DNA from: Candidatus Rifleibacteriota bacterium
GTDB taxonomy: Bacteria > Muiribacteriota > Ozemobacteria > Ozemobacterales > Ozemobacteraceae
NCBI GenBank assembly: GCA_051747585.1
Contig: JBNJGH010000060.1
Coordinates: 1-21,265 of the forward strand
Length of the DNA stretch: 21,265 bases
Reading direction: 5' to 3'
Part shown: positions 16,419-21,265 of the stretch, piece by piece
How the letters are laid out: every line of letters begins with the position of its first letter
How positions within the stretch are numbered: position 1 is the stretch's first letter
Program-made: the position numbers and the translations under genes
The notes under the pieces: generated by a model
The model's input: the letters and a program-made list of their open reading frames with translations, nothing else
Database searches by the model: none
What the model was told of the DNA's origin: nothing

Positions 16419-19400
16419 TCAGCCTTCGTCGGTTTCAGCTTTTTTCATGAAGAGGTCTTCTTCGAGCTGATCAAGATTGGCTTTATCGCTTGAGTCGACA
16501 AAAAGTTCGTCTGTTGGACCTTCGGCAGCTTCAATTTCAGCTGGAAGATTTTTGAACAAAATATCTTTCGATATGGAGATACCTGTTCCAGCCGGAATCA
16601 ATTTACCGATAATAAGGTTTTCTTTGAGACCTTTAAGATAATCGACTTTTGATTTAATTGCAGCCTTGGTAAGAACTCTGGTTGTTTCCTGGAAGGATGC
16701 GGCGGAAATAAAGCTATCTGTAGTCAGAGAAGCTTTGGTAATACCCTGAATCATAGGAACGCCGACAGGTGGTTTTTTACCTTTTTCGATCAGTTTATTA
16801 ACCTTTTCTTCAAACCTGCGAACATGTACTGATTCGTTAGGCAGAAATTCTGAATTACCAGATTCGGTAATTACAACTTTTCTAAGCATCTGACGAACAA
16901 TTATTTCGATATGCTTATCGTTAATGCTTACGCCCTGATCACGATAAACTCTTTGAATTTCATCCATCAGATAGCGTCTAACGAATGGCAGGCCAACAAC
17001 CTTAACAAGTTTTTTCGGGAAAACTTTACCATCAGTAAGAACGTCGCCAGCTTCGATATATTCGCCATCGTGAACTACCAGAGCGGTTGCACCAAACTGA
17101 ACCCTTACAGGTTTTTCGACACCGCTGTTGAAATCTCTGATCGCAACTGAGCTACCGGAGACATGAACAATGCCGGATTCTTCAGCAATAACTGCTTCTT
17201 TTTTGGGTTTTCTTACTTCAAACAATTCGGCTACACGTGGCAGACCCTGAATAATGTCTGTTGTTTTTCTTGCTGAGGCGCCCCATTTTGCAAGGATTTC
17301 ACCTTTTTTAACTTTTACGCCATCTTCAATTCTGAGTTCAGCGCCATCCATTATCTGGTGGGACTCACCCGGTTGAACGACAATGGTTTTGATTGTACTC
17401 TTAACCTTGCCTTCTTTTGATACATCGTGCTCAAGTAAAACAACACCTTTATTTTCGGCTTTTAATACTGCCAGAACATGACCTTGTTTGATCTTGTCAC
17501 CGTCTTCTACTCTTAAACAGCCTGCAGCTACCATGTCTTTGGTAATTGCATATTTTTTGTCTTTAATTACTTTCTGACAAATTCTAATGCCAACAGAGCC
17601 ATCGGAGTCTTCTACCTGTGAATAGGTCTGGAAAGGTATAGGTGCTATGGTCAGCTCACCGTCTTTTACGACAGTAGGAGGAAATTTCAAGCTCAAAGTA
17701 GCTGGATAACTGAATTCCACGCCACTATAAACCAGAATCTTTTCGATTATTTCTTCACAGATGATTTTGTTATAACCGTAGATATAGTTAACTTTACCAG
17801 CTATTTCAGAAGTCATAGGTTCAATGTCACTAACCAGTTTATCACCGGCTTTAACTACCTGACCATCTTCTACTACAACTGATGCGCCGGCTGGAACCGG
17901 ATACTGAACTTTAATATCATCTTCACCGATAATATTTACAGCTTCCTGTTCACCCTTAATTATATAAACTTCTCTGATTGAACCACGATTTTCTTCAAAC
18001 AAAGCAAACAGATCGTCATCAATTTCAGTGCCGCTTTCGGCCACAACTTCATCTGTTTCTTTATTGATTGCAGCTCTTGCCAGAGTGGCTCCTGGAAGCA
18101 CGTCTATATCGTCACTGATCAGATGTACCCTGGCCTCGGATTTAATGTCGGTAAGCTCGATAGTGCCATCGATTTCTGCTTGAATAACCAGTTTGGTAGT
18201 GAGTTCACCATCTTCTGCAACATCGCCACCATTAGGTATACGACAATTCTCTTTAGGCCTGAGAATTACGCCACGAGGAACCGGGTATTCGATTTCGTTT
18301 TTAACAATAACTCTTTTACGGTCAAGAGTTTTGTTGGCAGCGCTCTTTTCGTTAATTACTCTTACAACACCAGAGATTGGGGCTATAAGCGACAGGTTTT
18401 TATTCTGTTCATCTATGGCAGCAGCCATTTCGCCTTTGAATTCGTATTCTTCTTCAACTTCTTTAGCAATAGTAAGTTTAGCACCACCAGAAGACAGATT
18501 TAAGGTTCCTTCTACTTCAGAAACGATAGAGAGCATTTTCTGCCCCGGATATACCTCGTCACCATTTTTAACGTTCAATATGACACCAGAGGATTTAACC
18601 GTTCCGATTTTAGGTTCTTTAACGCTTTTTGGCATGTTGTATTCTTTGCGTTCGCCTTCTTTATCATCGGTTGGGAAAACAAAGATCATACCATTGTCGC
18701 TGATAACCTGTTTGTTTTTTATGCGAACCTTTTCAAGTTTTACTATACCATCGGTTCTGGCAATAGCAGCATGAGATTCTGCCGAAATTTCAGCCAGCAG
18801 GTTACCGGCATGTATAATTTCGTTATCTTCTACTTTTAAAGTTGCGCCCTGTGGTATTTTATAATCTTCGATAATGAAGTCTTTGGTAACAGGATCAAAA
18901 TCCTGGGTAAGTATTCTGATAATACCTTCATCAGAAACAACCATACCATCTTTCTGTTCGATGTCTTCGTAGATTACCTCACCAGTGTATCCTGAAACTA
19001 CGTTATTCGGATTGTATTCAGCAACAGCCTTACCCGGAGTTACTTTATCACCATCTTCTATACGCATTTCAGCGCCGACCGGAATATGGAGACGGTCTTT
19101 TCTGCCGCTTTTACTTTCGACCCCGAGGAAGCCACCAACAACAACTGTTTTGATATTGCTGCCAAATTCACTCTTATCAAAAGTTTCAATTCCTGAACCA
19201 ATTTCGAATTTCGCTCTATCTGAGACTTTAGCCAATTTAAGATTATCAAACCTTGCAAGGCCAGAGCTTCTTGCTTTTATATACGAACGTTGAGCCAGAG
19301 CAACACCACCAAGGTGGAATGTTCTCATTGTCAACTGAGTTCCCGGTTCACCGATCGACTGGGCTGCAATAATACCAACTGCTTCGCCGATATCTACAAC

Positions 19401-21231
19401 TTTGCCGGTCGCCAGATCTGATCCGTAGCACATCTGACAAATACCAACTTTAGAGCGGCAGGTAAGAGGTGAGCGCATTACAATTTTACTGCGAACTTTA
19501 ATTTCTGGAAATGCACCTTCGCCGAGTCTTTCAAGAACATATTCGTTAATTTCACGGTCGGGTCTAAGAATAATTCTGTTACTTCTGGGATCAATAAGCT
19601 GTTCGGCACAGATCATGCCGGGTTTCAGTTCATTGAAGGGAATTGGGAAATCACAATTTGACTCTATTTCACTTGCAATTTCATTGGTGCAGTATAGGCC
19701 TGCTTCAAGCTTAACCGTTTTCTTATTGACCTTAATAGAAAGGGTTCTACCGGTAGCTGGATTTACTATTGGTTTTGCCAGAACCCTTCCGGCTATCCTG
19801 TAACGAATCGGAACAACGATATCATCGATCATGATATTATTTGAAGTTCTGTTCTGACGAATTGGAGAGACTTCGACACCTAACTGACTTCCACAGTCCT
19901 GTTTAGTGATAACAACATCCTGAGCAACATCTACCAGTCTTCTGGTAAGGTAACCGGAGTCAGCTGTGCGCAGCGCTGTATCTACAAGACCTTTTCTTGC
20001 ACCGTATGTTGAAATGAAGTATTCAGACTGGTTCAATCCCTGGCGGAAATTTGATTTAATCGGGAAAGCAAGAATATCACCACGTGGATTCGACATCAGA
20101 CCACGCATAGCGGCCAGCTGTCGGATCTGTTGCATATTACCTCTCGCACCGGAGAACGCCATCATGTACACGGGATTAAATTCACCCAGATGAGCACTGG
20201 CTTCAAATTCCTGGAGAAGGTCATCGGTAACGTCTTCTGTTGCTTTTGTCCAGACATTAACTTCAGCCTGTTTTCTTTCATCACGACTGATTTCACCTTT
20301 GCCCCAACGTTCGCGTATCTTGACAACTTTTTTATCAGCCTGGTCAAGAATTTCATTTTTCTTGGGCGGATCAATCATATCAACAATAGAGATTGTAAGA
20401 CCGGAATAGGTAGCAAATTTAAAGCCAAGAGCTTTAAGTTTATCAAGAGTTTCACCAATTATTGAAAGTGAATACATGTCGAACAATCTCTTAATAAGAC
20501 TGGACACATTCCCTTTTTTAACCTGAAGATTCTGGAAAGGGAAACCGGAAGGCAGATTATCATTAAAAATAACTCTACCAATAGTAGTTCTTAAATAACT
20601 GTCTCTGACAGAATCTTTTTTGTCGTCTTCATCATACTGTTCAACCACCAGAGAATCTTTTTTGAGATATACCGGCCACTGAAGGCTGAACTGATTTGTT
20701 TCATAAGCATTCAGAGCTTCCTGCAGGCTATGGAATACAGGTGGGCGATAAACAATAATCTTATCTACTTTAGCTTTATTAAGCAGATTAATAGTTTCTT
20801 TTGAGTCCAGAACCGTTCCTGCAGGAAGATCGTCATCGACATCATCAGCCAGTTTAAAGTTAAACGGCCTGCCTTCGTTCAGCAGTAATTTTTCCCAGGT
20901 CAACCCCTTTTTGGTTTTGAGTTCAGTAACCGGATAACCATCGCCTTCAGGTTTTTCGATTGTCAGGTAGAACAAACCAATGGTCATATCCTGTGATGGG
21001 CTGGTAACTGGATTACCATCCGCTGGTTTTAGAATATTATTGCTGGAAAGCATGAGTAAACGTGCTTCGATCTGAGCATCAACCATAAGCGGAACATGCA
21101 CAGCCATCTGATCGCCATCAAAGTCAGCGTTATAAGCAGCACATACAAGAGGATGTATCTGAATCGCCTTACCTTCGATAAGAACGGGTTCGAATGCCTG
21201 GATGCCAAGTCTATGCAGTGTGGGAGCGCGG
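16419..21231 (-). CDS. rpoC: DNA-directed RNA polymerase beta-prime subunit, 5'-truncated, with very large trigger-loop insertion
   Basis: [13 protein letters not shown], catalytic [27 protein letters not shown], Zn site [58 protein letters not shown]. The N-terminal ~420 residues expected are not in the window. Confidence 0.97.
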
Positions 21232-21265
21232 CTGAAGGGGAAATGGGAGATAAGCATGTCGGGTT

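Noticed and set aside
17260..19300. Intein or homing endonuclease as the explanation for the large beta-prime insert
   Set aside because: No C/S start with HN-C/S/T end and no LAGLIDADG motif; the position and repeats match SI3.
11849..20374. Same-strand alternative-frame ORFs (11849-12052, 14256-14555, 19058-19258, 20162-20374)
   Set aside because: They are nested in rplD, fusA and rpoC, whose main frames are intact, and show no motifs.
527..20465. Numerous plus-strand ORFs of 60-215 aa (for example 4109-4756, 14353-14835, 18193-18774)
   Set aside because: All are antisense shadows of conserved minus-strand genes, with no recognisable motifs.
21255..21257. ATG as the true start of a split rpoC gene
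   Set aside because: No SD is visible, and a split here would cut the catalytic barrel. The known cyanobacterial and archaeal splits lie downstream of NADFDGD.

Overview
The window holds one co-oriented (minus-strand) bacterial housekeeping cluster. In transcription order it runs: 3' part of rpoC, an intrinsic terminator, a near-consensus sigma70 promoter with a structured leader, rpsL-rpsG-fusA with no tuf, the S10 and spc clusters, then secY-adk-map-infA-rpmJ and the first 19 codons of rpsM. Gene content is ordinary, but several core proteins are remodelled. (1) L22 carries an N-terminal domain resembling the uS13 N-terminal domain, plus a Lys/Thr/Ala tail. (2) L29 has a ~147-aa helical C-terminal extension; both L22 and L29 sit at the peptide-tunnel exit. 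(3) The operon EF-G keeps its GTPase motifs but has lost the conserved domain IV tip loops, suggesting a recycling-type EF-G. (4) Beta-prime has a ~680-aa trigger-loop insertion, cyanobacterial in scale, in an unsplit gene. (5) The last 34 nt of the window break the invariant NRAPTLH motif of rpoC, indicating an artefact or an insertion boundary. No rRNA, tRNA, CRISPR array or complete mobile element was seen. Taxonomy cannot be fixed from the sequence alone. All family assignments are by-eye motif recognition, not database searches.
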